Shown: positions 17,745-25,503 of the stretch, in pieces
How the letters are laid out: every line of letters begins with the position of its first letter
How positions within the stretch are numbered: position 1 is the first letter of the stretch
Source of the DNA: Balneolales bacterium
GTDB taxonomy: Bacteria > Bacteroidota > Rhodothermia > Balneolales > Balneolaceae
NCBI GenBank assembly: GCA_022360375.1
Contig: JAKSCW010000292.1
Span: forward strand, 1-29,114
Length of the DNA stretch: 29,114 nucleotides
Reading direction: 5' to 3'
Made by a program: the position numbers and the translations under genes
The notes under the pieces: model-generated
What the model was told of the DNA's origin: nothing
The model's database searches: none
What the model saw: only the letters and a program-made list of their open reading frames with translations

Positions 17745-18710
17745 CTATTCCATAGGGATGAACTCGTATTCTTTAAGTGAAAGTTGACGGAAAGTTCCAC
17801 CAAGTACCAAGCCAAGATCATCGAGAGTTTGAGATATTGATTCGAGCTGTAAGGTTCCATTTAAGCCAGATTGATTTTCCAATTTTTCAATATTTATGGA
17901 AACGCCAAAATGTTGATTTAATTCTGCAATAACATCTTCCGGTGAATTTCCATAAAAAACAATTGAATTAGAAATCCAATCTTTAAATTTATCAGCCTGT
18001 GGCGCATTGGTTGAAGTGATAATACCATTCTGTATCTCTGAAGATTGACCGGGTTCCAGAATAATGGAGGAATCAGCATTTGAAGTAGTAAGTTGTACGC
18101 GGCCTTCTTCCAGATATACAATGGCCTTACTGCCCCAGTTACTTATGTTGAAGCGGGTTCCAAGTACAGTAACGGTACCATATTCGGCATCAACAATAAA
18201 GGGTGAGTCAGGGTTGGTTGCAACATCGAAAAAAGCTTCACCAGCTAAGGAATAGGTTCGACTGTTGCCAGAAGAACCTACTTTATACAACCTGGAATTT
18301 GGACGTAATGTTACAGTAGAACCATCTACCAGGTCTACCACTTGAATGGAAGAAGTAGCTTCTGCCACAAGTTCTGCATCATCAGGTTGACTGAGCCAAA
18401 AGAAACCTATGAATGCTGCAATAAGTATAGCTGCCGCAGAAGCCCAGGTAATAAAATTGGCTCTCTTCGAAAGAGTATGGATTTTTGCGGAATGAGAGGA
18501 GGTTTCTTTATAAATATTCTCCCAGATAGTATTGGATGTAGCGGTTTTTAATTTTTCGGAAGAAACTACCTGGTTCTTGTAACTCAATAATGGCGCAATA
18601 ATTCTGTCGTCGATCGATTCCAGTGATATACCAAGAGCCAAAGCTTCCCCAATTTGTTGGGCAAGCAACAGGTCTCGATCGTTTTCAGGAAGTAGGTTTT
18701 CGTTGGCCAT
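17745..18710 (-). CDS. FecR-family anti-sigma/transmembrane signal transducer
   Basis: Single TM (WASAAAILIAAFIGFFWL) plus FecR motifs LVDGSTVTLRPNS, GEAFFDV, VLGTRFN and LEEGRV. Confidence 0.92.
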   Translation of the reverse strand: MANENLLPENDRDLLLAQQIGEALALGISLESIDDRIIAPLLSYKNQVVSSEKLKTATSNTIWENIYKETSSHSAKIHTLSKRANFITWASAAAILIAAFIGFFWLSQPDDAELVAEATSSIQVVDLVDGSTVTLRPNSRLYKVGSSGNSRTYSLAGEAFFDVATNPDSPFIVDAEYGTVTVLGTRFNISNWGSKAIVYLEEGRVQLTTSNADSSIILEPGQSSEIQNGIITSTNAPQADKFKDWISNSIVFYGNSPEDVIAELNQHFGVSINIEKLENQSGLNGTLQLESISQTLDDLGLVLGGTFRQLSLKEYEFIPME

Positions 18711-18715
18711 TTTTT

Positions 18716-18757
18716 AAAAATAAAATCTGGCAGACTTCATTCAAAAAGTCTGCCAGA
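18716..18757 (-). terminator. Intrinsic terminator between lipoprotein gene and fecR
   Basis: Perfect 12-bp stem TCTGGCAGACTT/AAGTCTGCCAGA (18726-18737 with 18746-18757), 8-nt loop, followed on the minus strand by TTTTATTTTT. Confidence 0.8.
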
Positions 18758-18786
18758 AGGATCGTAGTTTTTAACTCAAGGTCATA

Positions 18787-19701
18787 TTAATCTCTGTCAT
18801 TTCTGAACTCGCCGTCACCTAAACCAAATCTGAATATTTGGGAGATTCCTCTAAATTCAAGCAAAGCAGTCCCATCTTCTTCAAGGTTGATGGTTCCTTC
18901 GAGCACTGTTTCGTCTGTTACTCCATCAATAGTTTTGCTCATAGTTACGCTGTAGGTAAGGGTACCCGTTACAGCAAATTCTAAGCTACCGTGCGCTTCT
19001 ACTGAATCTTTATTAATGGCTACATTGTCATATTCGATATCAATTTCATAAGTACGGCTAGCTTCCAGCGTATCTCTGGTTAAACCAGACGCACTTCCTG
19101 AGCCAGAGTGTGTTCCATCCATGGAAAGAATATTGCTGGTTTCATGAGCTCCGGAAATATCAAAATCATCAGATTTTGTGAAAGAGCCCGATCTGAACAA
19201 ACTTTCTGATGAACCACTTTTAGTACTTGTGAAAGAAATAGCTTCAATTGAATCCTTATTTGCTTTGGGTTCAGCGATAAAGTTTCCATTTAAGTCAGTG
19301 AATATTGCTTCCTGATAAACGGACACTGTTTTGCTGAAATCTTCTTTTTCAACAACTCGGGTGTATTCAAGGGTGTGAATACCAGTAGTAGAATCGTAAG
19401 TGTGGGTATAATCGATTTCTCCTCCGCGTCCACTTCTCCCTCTTCTATCATGAGATTTAAAACGAGCATCGTCAGAATACGAGATACCTGAATTATCAAC
19501 ATCGGAAAAGGCATCGTATATGCTGGAAATCATGCCGGATTCATCATCCGAAACAGAACTGGCAACGATATTAGCAGCAAGATCTAAATCTTCGTCAGAG
19601 ATTGCATTTACTTCATTATTAACTGAAGAACAGGCTGTAAATGATATGGATAAAACAAGAGCTAAAAGAAACATCTGTTTTAGTCTATTCATCTTGTTCA
19701 T
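18787..19701 (-). CDS. Uncharacterised lipoprotein
   Basis: Lipobox SISFTAC and an acidic, Ser/Thr-rich, predicted beta-rich mature region. A GAGAGG Shine-Dalgarno-like sequence lies upstream. No family recognised. Confidence 0.75.
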   Translation of the reverse strand: MNKMNRLKQMFLLALVLSISFTACSSVNNEVNAISDEDLDLAANIVASSVSDDESGMISSIYDAFSDVDNSGISYSDDARFKSHDRRGRSGRGGEIDYTHTYDSTTGIHTLEYTRVVEKEDFSKTVSVYQEAIFTDLNGNFIAEPKANKDSIEAISFTSTKSGSSESLFRSGSFTKSDDFDISGAHETSNILSMDGTHSGSGSASGLTRDTLEASRTYEIDIEYDNVAINKDSVEAHGSLEFAVTGTLTYSVTMSKTIDGVTDETVLEGTINLEEDGTALLEFRGISQIFRFGLGDGEFRNDRD

Positions 19702-19747
19702 GGTGTACCTCTCGGGTTTGTTTTGTGATTAAGTTGAATACATCTTT

Positions 19748-19775
19748 AGTACACACAACTTTTAACATTCCCCCA
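19748..19775 (-). promoter_or_regulatory. Candidate ECF-sigma promoter (GGGGGA...GTGTAC)
   Basis: Minus strand TGGGGGAATGTTAAAAGTTGTGTGTACT lies between the sigma gene and the lipoprotein gene. It resembles motifs I recall upstream of fecR genes in Bacteroidota; not verified. Confidence 0.35.
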
Positions 19776-19802
19776 ACCGGTATCAAATCAGGGTAACGGT
19801 TA

Positions 19803-20405
19803 TCACTCTCTGAACCCTTCAAGTTTTCCTCGTAACTCTTTTAAAGCCAGCCCCATATGATTTTCAACCGTTTTTACCGAAACCTCCAGAATTTCTGCTG
19901 TTTCTTTATAGGTAAACTCCTGGATGAAACACAAACGGAACACAGTTTGTCTTTTTTCAGGCATAGAGTTAATAGCATGTTCGATTGCAATTCCTAATTC
20001 TTTATTAGTTAAGTCCTGGTCTGGGGTAGATTCCGAAAAATCCTCTATGTTATCTGCTTGGTCTTCAAATTTTGAATTGTCACGGATGAGATTCAACATC
20101 CTGGTGTATGCAATTCTAAATAAGTAGGAACGCAGGGATTTTTTGGGATTAATATCAGAACGTTTATTCCAGATGATAACGAATGCCTGCTGAACAAGAT
20201 CTTCAGCTTGCTGCTCCGAGATTCCTTTTTTTAACAGGAAATGATAAAGAAAGGCGTGATGCTTATTGAAAAAACGCTTAAAAGCACTATGATCTCCTTG
20301 TTTGATAGCCAGCAATACCTCGGGACTATCTGAATCGCCATCTTTTTTTAATGCAAGAAGAAATATTAAGTAGAGAACTAATATTTTCATGTACAGTAAT
20401 ACCAT
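19803..20405 (-). CDS. ECF RNA polymerase sigma-70 factor (FecI/Bacteroidota ECF type)
   Basis: GDHSAFKRFF, AEDLVQQAFVIIW (region 2), LRSYLFRIAY, and region 4 MPEKRQTVFRL...YKETAEILEVSVKTVENHM. The start could be 20405 or 20390. Confidence 0.93.
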   Translation of the reverse strand: MVLLYMKILVLYLIFLLALKKDGDSDSPEVLLAIKQGDHSAFKRFFNKHHAFLYHFLLKKGISEQQAEDLVQQAFVIIWNKRSDINPKKSLRSYLFRIAYTRMLNLIRDNSKFEDQADNIEDFSESTPDQDLTNKELGIAIEHAINSMPEKRQTVFRLCFIQEFTYKETAEILEVSVKTVENHMGLALKELRGKLEGFRE

Positions 20406-20444
20406 TCCGTATATAATTCCGAAAGATAAGAATTAAGTTTACTA

Positions 20445-21257
20445 ATGATCCCTTTTCATTTAATACTTTTCGTGCTCACTGCAATTGCTGTACCCGAACA
20501 ACAAGTTCCTGAAATTGAGGTCTACCAGGTGGAGAGGAATAATAAGATAGAAATATGGGCTCGTAATCGTAATATATATCCGGTTACATTAAATCTGGAG
20601 ATAGACAAACAGAACCTTTCTTCGAATAAGCCATTTCCAGTGCTTGATGTGATTGATGCGCAATCCTCAAAGAAGCTTTTGGAACTGGCCATTGAGAATC
20701 CGAGACGGGCCTGGGAGTATAATACGAGTTATTCCTTTTTTATGGGAAACGCACTTTCTAAGCACGATGATTCTCATGTTTATCGATTACCGTATCGTTT
20801 GGGAACAGAACAAAAGGTAAGTCAGGGGTATGGTGGCAATTTCTCCCATCAGGGTGCGGTAAGGTATTCCGTGGATTTTAACATGCCAGAAGGTACAGCA
20901 GTATACGCAGCCAGAAACGGACTGGTAGTAGATGTAGTTCAGAATAATGATCAGGGAGGAGCAACCAGGGACTTTTTTGACCTTGCAAACAACATAACCA
21001 TCATGCATGAAGATGGTAGCTTTGCTGATTATTCCCATCTTCAGCGAAATGGAGCCAGGGTACGGGTTGGACAACAGGTTAGGGCTGGACAGTTAATTGG
21101 GTATTCCGGAGCAACCGGATTTGTAACCGGGCCACACCTGCACTTTGGAGTAAAGGTGGTACGGGAGGATGGTACCTACATGACCATCCCCGTAAAATTT
21201 GCTTCCAGAAGAGGGGCCATTCAATTGGAGGAAGGAAAAAGCTATACTGCGTACTAG
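20445..21257 (+). CDS. M23-family metallopeptidase domain protein
   Basis: Signal peptide, N-terminal unknown domain, and C-terminal M23 motifs SH...YSVDF, VYAARNG.V and TGPHLHF. Confidence 0.88.
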   Translation: MIPFHLILFVLTAIAVPEQQVPEIEVYQVERNNKIEIWARNRNIYPVTLNLEIDKQNLSSNKPFPVLDVIDAQSSKKLLELAIENPRRAWEYNTSYSFFMGNALSKHDDSHVYRLPYRLGTEQKVSQGYGGNFSHQGAVRYSVDFNMPEGTAVYAARNGLVVDVVQNNDQGGATRDFFDLANNITIMHEDGSFADYSHLQRNGARVRVGQQVRAGQLIGYSGATGFVTGPHLHFGVKVVREDGTYMTIPVKFASRRGAIQLEEGKSYTAY

Positions 21258-22208
21258 CTAGCTTTTCGTTTTTTTCAATTCCAATTCTTTTAAAGAAAGA
21301 CCATTCATAACTTCATCATAATCAGAAATATCCCTTGGTATGATTATATCATTTTCTTCTTTGCCTAAGGCTTTCAACTTACCAAGGTATTTTTCAGCCA
21401 GGCGAAGGCGCATTGCCTCAGTTCCCATAGGTTGAGAAAGTGCATCAGCCACCTTTTCTATAGAAATGGCGGTTGCTTCAGCAATGGCTTCAATTTCTGC
21501 GGCTAAACCTTCTGCTTCATTAATTCGGGACTGCATTTCCGCTTCCGAGATGTTAATGATCTCAGCGCGGATACCTTCTGCATCGTTTATGACTGAACCT
21601 TTTACCCCTTCAGATTTGGCAATAACCGCACGCCGGTCGCGTTCTGCAGTCATTTGGCGTTCCATGGCGTTTTGAACTGTTCGTGGCGGAATGATATTCT
21701 TAATTTCGTATCGGTGAACCTTAATTCCCCAGGGTTGTTCCATTTCGCTTAAAACCTTTACTACCTCTTTACTCATAAAAGACCGTTCCTCAAAAGTTTC
21801 GTCCAGGTCCATCAAACCGATTACAGAACGGGTAGTGGTTTGTGCAAGTTGAATAGCAGCAAATCGGTAGTCTGTGATTCCATAACTGGCATTTACGGGG
21901 TCCATAACACTTAAGTAGATTACTCCGTCCACTTCCACTTTAACGTTGTCTTTGGTGAAGCATTCCTGGGGTTCTACCTCGATGGTTTCTTCCCGTAAAT
22001 CTTGCTTGTATACTACCTTGTCTACAAAAGGTATAAGGGCATGAAAGCCGGGACCAAGTGTTGTTTTATAGTTTCCGAGTCGTTCAACAATGTATGCAAA
22101 CTGGTTAGGAACCAAGCGAAATGACATAACCACTCTGAACAGGATAAATGCAACAAAGGCAAGAACAAGCCCCATACTAATAGTATTCAACAATTCCCAA
22201 AATCCCAT
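21258..22208 (-). CDS. SPFH/band 7 (paraslipin/QmcA-like) protein 2
   Basis: N-terminal TM, VERLG, GFHALIPFVD, TKDNVKVEVDG, WGIKVHRYEIKNI.PP, and an AERDRRA coiled coil. Confidence 0.92.
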   Translation of the reverse strand: MGFWELLNTISMGLVLAFVAFILFRVVMSFRLVPNQFAYIVERLGNYKTTLGPGFHALIPFVDKVVYKQDLREETIEVEPQECFTKDNVKVEVDGVIYLSVMDPVNASYGITDYRFAAIQLAQTTTRSVIGLMDLDETFEERSFMSKEVVKVLSEMEQPWGIKVHRYEIKNIIPPRTVQNAMERQMTAERDRRAVIAKSEGVKGSVINDAEGIRAEIINISEAEMQSRINEAEGLAAEIEAIAEATAISIEKVADALSQPMGTEAMRLRLAEKYLGKLKALGKEENDIIIPRDISDYDEVMNGLSLKELELKKTKS

Positions 22209-23131
22209 TATTTGGTTCCTCCATCTTTAGTGTGATCACTTACTTTGCTAACCCCTTCAAAAAAGGTTTTCAAGTTGGCTGTTTCTGTAGGTAAAACGGT
22301 CACATTCGAGCTTTCAATGATTTTGCCGAATTCATCAATGTACTGTTCCACGAGTTTGGTTTTCACCGCTAATTCTCCTCCTGGCCGTTGCATTGCGTCG
22401 GCAATTCGTTCTATCCCTTTTGCAGTAGCATTGGCTACTAATTCAATCTCTTTTGCCTTTCCCCGAGCTTCATTGATTCTCTTTTGGCGGTTAGCTTCAG
22501 AAACTAACACCTGGCTGGATTGCTTTCCTTCCGATTCGTTAATTCTTGCTTGCCGGAAACCCTCTGAATGAGTGATTTCAGCTCGTTTCTCCCGTTCGGC
22601 TTCCATTTGTTTCTCCATCGTGTCTACGATTTCGTTGGAAGGGCGAATATTCTTTATTTCATAACGAAGTACTTTTATCCCCCATGGATTGGAAGCTTTA
22701 TCAATTTCCCGAACGATATTTTCGTTCATTTGCTCACGTTCAGAGAAAGTATCATCGAGGGTAATTTTACCGATTTCACTACGCATCGTTGTTTGAGCGA
22801 GGTTTACCGCAGCCGCCTGATAATTCGAGATTCCATAACTGGCTTTATAGGCGTCCATTACTTTTATATACACAAGGCCATCTACTGCTACTTCAATATT
22901 GTCGTTAGTAATACAGGTCTGGCTGGGAACATCTAATACCTGCTCGCGCATTTCGCGACTGTAGGCAGGCCGATCTATAAAAGGAACCAGGAAATGAAAG
23001 CCGGGTTTTAAGTTTTTTTTGAATTTACCCAATCGCTCCTGAATCACTTCTTCCCGAAACTCTACAATGATAAATAGCCGTGTGAAGATAAAATACATCA
23101 GAATGATACTGAGTAGTATAAAAGTCCACAT
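22208..23131 (-). CDS. SPFH/band 7 (paraslipin/QmcA-like) protein 1
   Basis: N-terminal TM, ERLGKF, GFHFLVPFID, TNDNIEVAVDG, WGIKVLRYEIKNI and AEREKRAEI. AGGAG Shine-Dalgarno upstream; its stop overlaps the next start (TAATG). Confidence 0.92.
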   Translation of the reverse strand: MWTFILLSIILMYFIFTRLFIIVEFREEVIQERLGKFKKNLKPGFHFLVPFIDRPAYSREMREQVLDVPSQTCITNDNIEVAVDGLVYIKVMDAYKASYGISNYQAAAVNLAQTTMRSEIGKITLDDTFSEREQMNENIVREIDKASNPWGIKVLRYEIKNIRPSNEIVDTMEKQMEAEREKRAEITHSEGFRQARINESEGKQSSQVLVSEANRQKRINEARGKAKEIELVANATAKGIERIADAMQRPGGELAVKTKLVEQYIDEFGKIIESSNVTVLPTETANLKTFFEGVSKVSDHTKDGGTK

Positions 23132-23142
23132 ATTTACTCCTG

Positions 23143-23631
23143 TTATTCTTTTAATTTCTGTCTGTCTGGTGAAGGCAGCGGATCAATAGGTTCCACAATC
23201 CATGTTGTATTGTCCCGGTATTTGATCCTTACCTGGGTACCTACCGGAACTTCGCCTTCCAGAGTTCTGGCTTGCCATGAAATTCCCTGGAAACGAATGC
23301 GGCCATCATCGTTTTCGTCATTTATTGGTTCTACTACATCTACGATTTGATCCATAGCTTCAAAGTCTTCATCAGCATATTTGAAAGTTGTTTCTCCACC
23401 AAAGTATTTTTTAAGGAATGGAAGCGAGACAACAGTTAAAACGGCTGAGAGTATGAACCATGCCAAAGTTGCAGTAACCGGGTCATCCAGGATTCCAAGA
23501 AAACGACTAATTCCAACCAATACGCCGCTAAAGCCCAATATTAAGGCCATACCGCTTGGAATTACACTTTCGAGGATCATCAGAATGATCCCCCCAATCA
23601 AAAAAATCCAGGTAAGCGTTTCTCCATCCAT
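23143..23631 (-). CDS. Short NfeD-like (YbbJ-type) membrane protein
   Basis: Three N-terminal hydrophobic segments (WIFLIGGIILMILESVIP...) and a C-terminal OB-fold GRIRFQGISWQART. It lies directly upstream of the SPFH genes. Confidence 0.88.
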   Translation of the reverse strand: MDGETLTWIFLIGGIILMILESVIPSGMALILGFSGVLVGISRFLGILDDPVTATLAWFILSAVLTVVSLPFLKKYFGGETTFKYADEDFEAMDQIVDVVEPINDENDDGRIRFQGISWQARTLEGEVPVGTQVRIKYRDNTTWIVEPIDPLPSPDRQKLKE

Positions 23632-23696
23632 AGGCTTACAGTATAATTTTGCTTTAGTTACTAGATAGCAATTTTAACGGGAAAAAACCCAATTTC

Positions 23697-23715
23697 TTGG
23701 CATTATATTTGCCAA
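23697..23715. promoter_or_regulatory. Inverted repeat TTGGCA-N7-TGCCAA that fits the sigma54 -24/-12 spacing on both strands
   Basis: Plus strand TTGGCATTATATTTGC and minus strand TTGGCAAATATAATGC; both have GG-N10-GC. Confidence 0.45.
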
Positions 23716-23724
23716 ATTTTAGCC

Positions 23725-25503
23725 ATGAGCAAAAAAGAGGAAACAGAACAAAGGGGAATAAAGAGTTTACGCGAAACTCTGGTCAAAATTTTCGCTCTCA
23801 GTAAGCCATACCGGGTTCGGTTTTTTAGCGCTACTGGATTGGTGCTCATTGCTTCAGCTATTTGGCTGGCGGTACCACTTGGGTTGCGCGAATTGCTGGA
23901 TGCCGTTTTTGAACAAGGGAATGAAGGATTGCTAAATTTACTGGCAATCGGTCTTATGCTCATGTTTATTGTACAAGCCGGGTTCTCGTTTATGGGTAAT
24001 TACTTCCTGGAGTGGGTGGGAGAGCGAGTAATTACAGACCTGCGAAAAAAGGTATATGAGCATCTTCACCGGTTAGGGTTCCGGTTTTTTGCTGAACGCC
24101 GTTTGGGAGAAATTACTTCGCGGTTAACCAACGATGTTAGCTCCATTCGAACGGCGTTAACCGATTCTTTACCTCAATTGCTTACGATCACTTTTTCATT
24201 AATAGGTTCGGTTTCTTTAATGGTGGTGCTGAACTGGCGTCTCAGCTTGGTAATCTTTGCAACGGTGCCATTTGTAACTATTGCAACCCGCTATTTCGGC
24301 CAAAAAATCCGAAAGCTTTCCCGTGGAATTCAGGATGAATTGGCGGATTCAACGGCGGTGGCAGAAGATGCTTTAGGAGCCATTCGTTTAGTAAAGGCGT
24401 TTGTGAGGGAACATTATGAAGTAAGCCGTTATAGTTCTGCTATTGAAAAGCTTTTTATTACTGCGAGGAGGAAAGTAGTACTTACTCAATTGTTTTGGTC
24501 TGGAGTGGGTATTATGTTCTTAAGCACTTTGGTAGTAATTTTCTGGTACGGAGGGAAAGAAGTGCTGGCTGATCGGCTAACAGCAGGTGATTTGGTAGCT
24601 TTCATTATTTATGCACTGAATATTTCGCGCTCTATCGGGCAAACTTCGAGGCTATATACTGCTGTAAATTCAGCGGCAGGCGCCTCTGAAAGGATTTTTG
24701 AAATCCTGGATGAAATCCCTGAAATACAAGATCGGGACGACGCAAGGCAGATTGAAAACATGGAGGGAGCTATCTCGTTCGAAAAACTGACTTTTTCTTA
24801 CGAAGACGACCGGGTTATTCTGAATAATATATCTTTTGAAGCAGCACCCGGGCAAACGATTGCATTGGTTGGGCCCAGTGGTGCCGGGAAAACCACGCTT
24901 CTTAATTTGATTCCAAGATTTTACGATCCCCAAAAAGGGGGTATACTGGTGGATGGGATAGATATAAGGGAGGTACAGGTGAAGAGTTTGCGGGAACACA
25001 TTTCTATTGTTCCGCAGGAAGTTCATTTGTTTGGAAGCAGTATTCGGGAAAACATTTTGTATGGCCGCCTGGATGCAACCGACGAAGAAATCATTCAAGC
25101 TGCGAAGGATGCAAACGCGCATGAATTCATATCGGAAATACCGGAAGGATATGATGCCTTGATTGGAGAAAAAGGGGTGAAACTGAGTGGAGGTCAGCGC
25201 CAAAGGGTAGCCATTGCCCGTGCTATTCTGAAGGATCCTAAAATCCTTCTACTCGATGAAGCTACTTCTTCACTGGATTCAGAATCGGAAGCCCTGGTAC
25301 AGGAAGCACTTGAACGATTGATGCGGGCAAGAACCACTTTTGTAATTGCCCATCGGCTTTCAACGGTTCAACATGCCGACCGAATTCTGGTTATCGATAA
25401 AGGAGAAATTGTGGAAGACGGAACCCACCAGGAACTGCTGGCAAAAGGTGGCTTATACAGCCATTTATATGGATTGCAATTCCGGGACCTGGATACGGTT
25501 TAA
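23725..25503 (+). CDS. MsbA-like ABC exporter (fused TMD-NBD)
   Basis: ABC membrane domain plus Walker A GPSGAGKT, signature LSGGQRQR, Walker B ILLLDE, D-loop SSLD and IAHRLST. Substrate not assignable. Confidence 0.93.
   Translation: MSKKEETEQRGIKSLRETLVKIFALSKPYRVRFFSATGLVLIASAIWLAVPLGLRELLDAVFEQGNEGLLNLLAIGLMLMFIVQAGFSFMGNYFLEWVGERVITDLRKKVYEHLHRLGFRFFAERRLGEITSRLTNDVSSIRTALTDSLPQLLTITFSLIGSVSLMVVLNWRLSLVIFATVPFVTIATRYFGQKIRKLSRGIQDELADSTAVAEDALGAIRLVKAFVREHYEVSRYSSAIEKLFITARRKVVLTQLFWSGVGIMFLSTLVVIFWYGGKEVLADRLTAGDLVAFIIYALNISRSIGQTSRLYTAVNSAAGASERIFEILDEIPEIQDRDDARQIENMEGAISFEKLTFSYEDDRVILNNISFEAAPGQTIALVGPSGAGKTTLLNLIPRFYDPQKGGILVDGIDIREVQVKSLREHISIVPQEVHLFGSSIRENILYGRLDATDEEIIQAAKDANAHEFISEIPEGYDALIGEKGVKLSGGQRQRVAIARAILKDPKILLLDEATSSLDSESEALVQEALERLMRARTTFVIAHRLSTVQHADRILVIDKGEIVEDGTHQELLAKGGLYSHLYGLQFRDLDTV

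Noticed and set aside
23725-25503. Assigning the symbol msbA (lipid A flippase)
   Set aside because: Family membership is clear, but nothing in the sequence or neighbourhood (no lpx genes) fixes the substrate.
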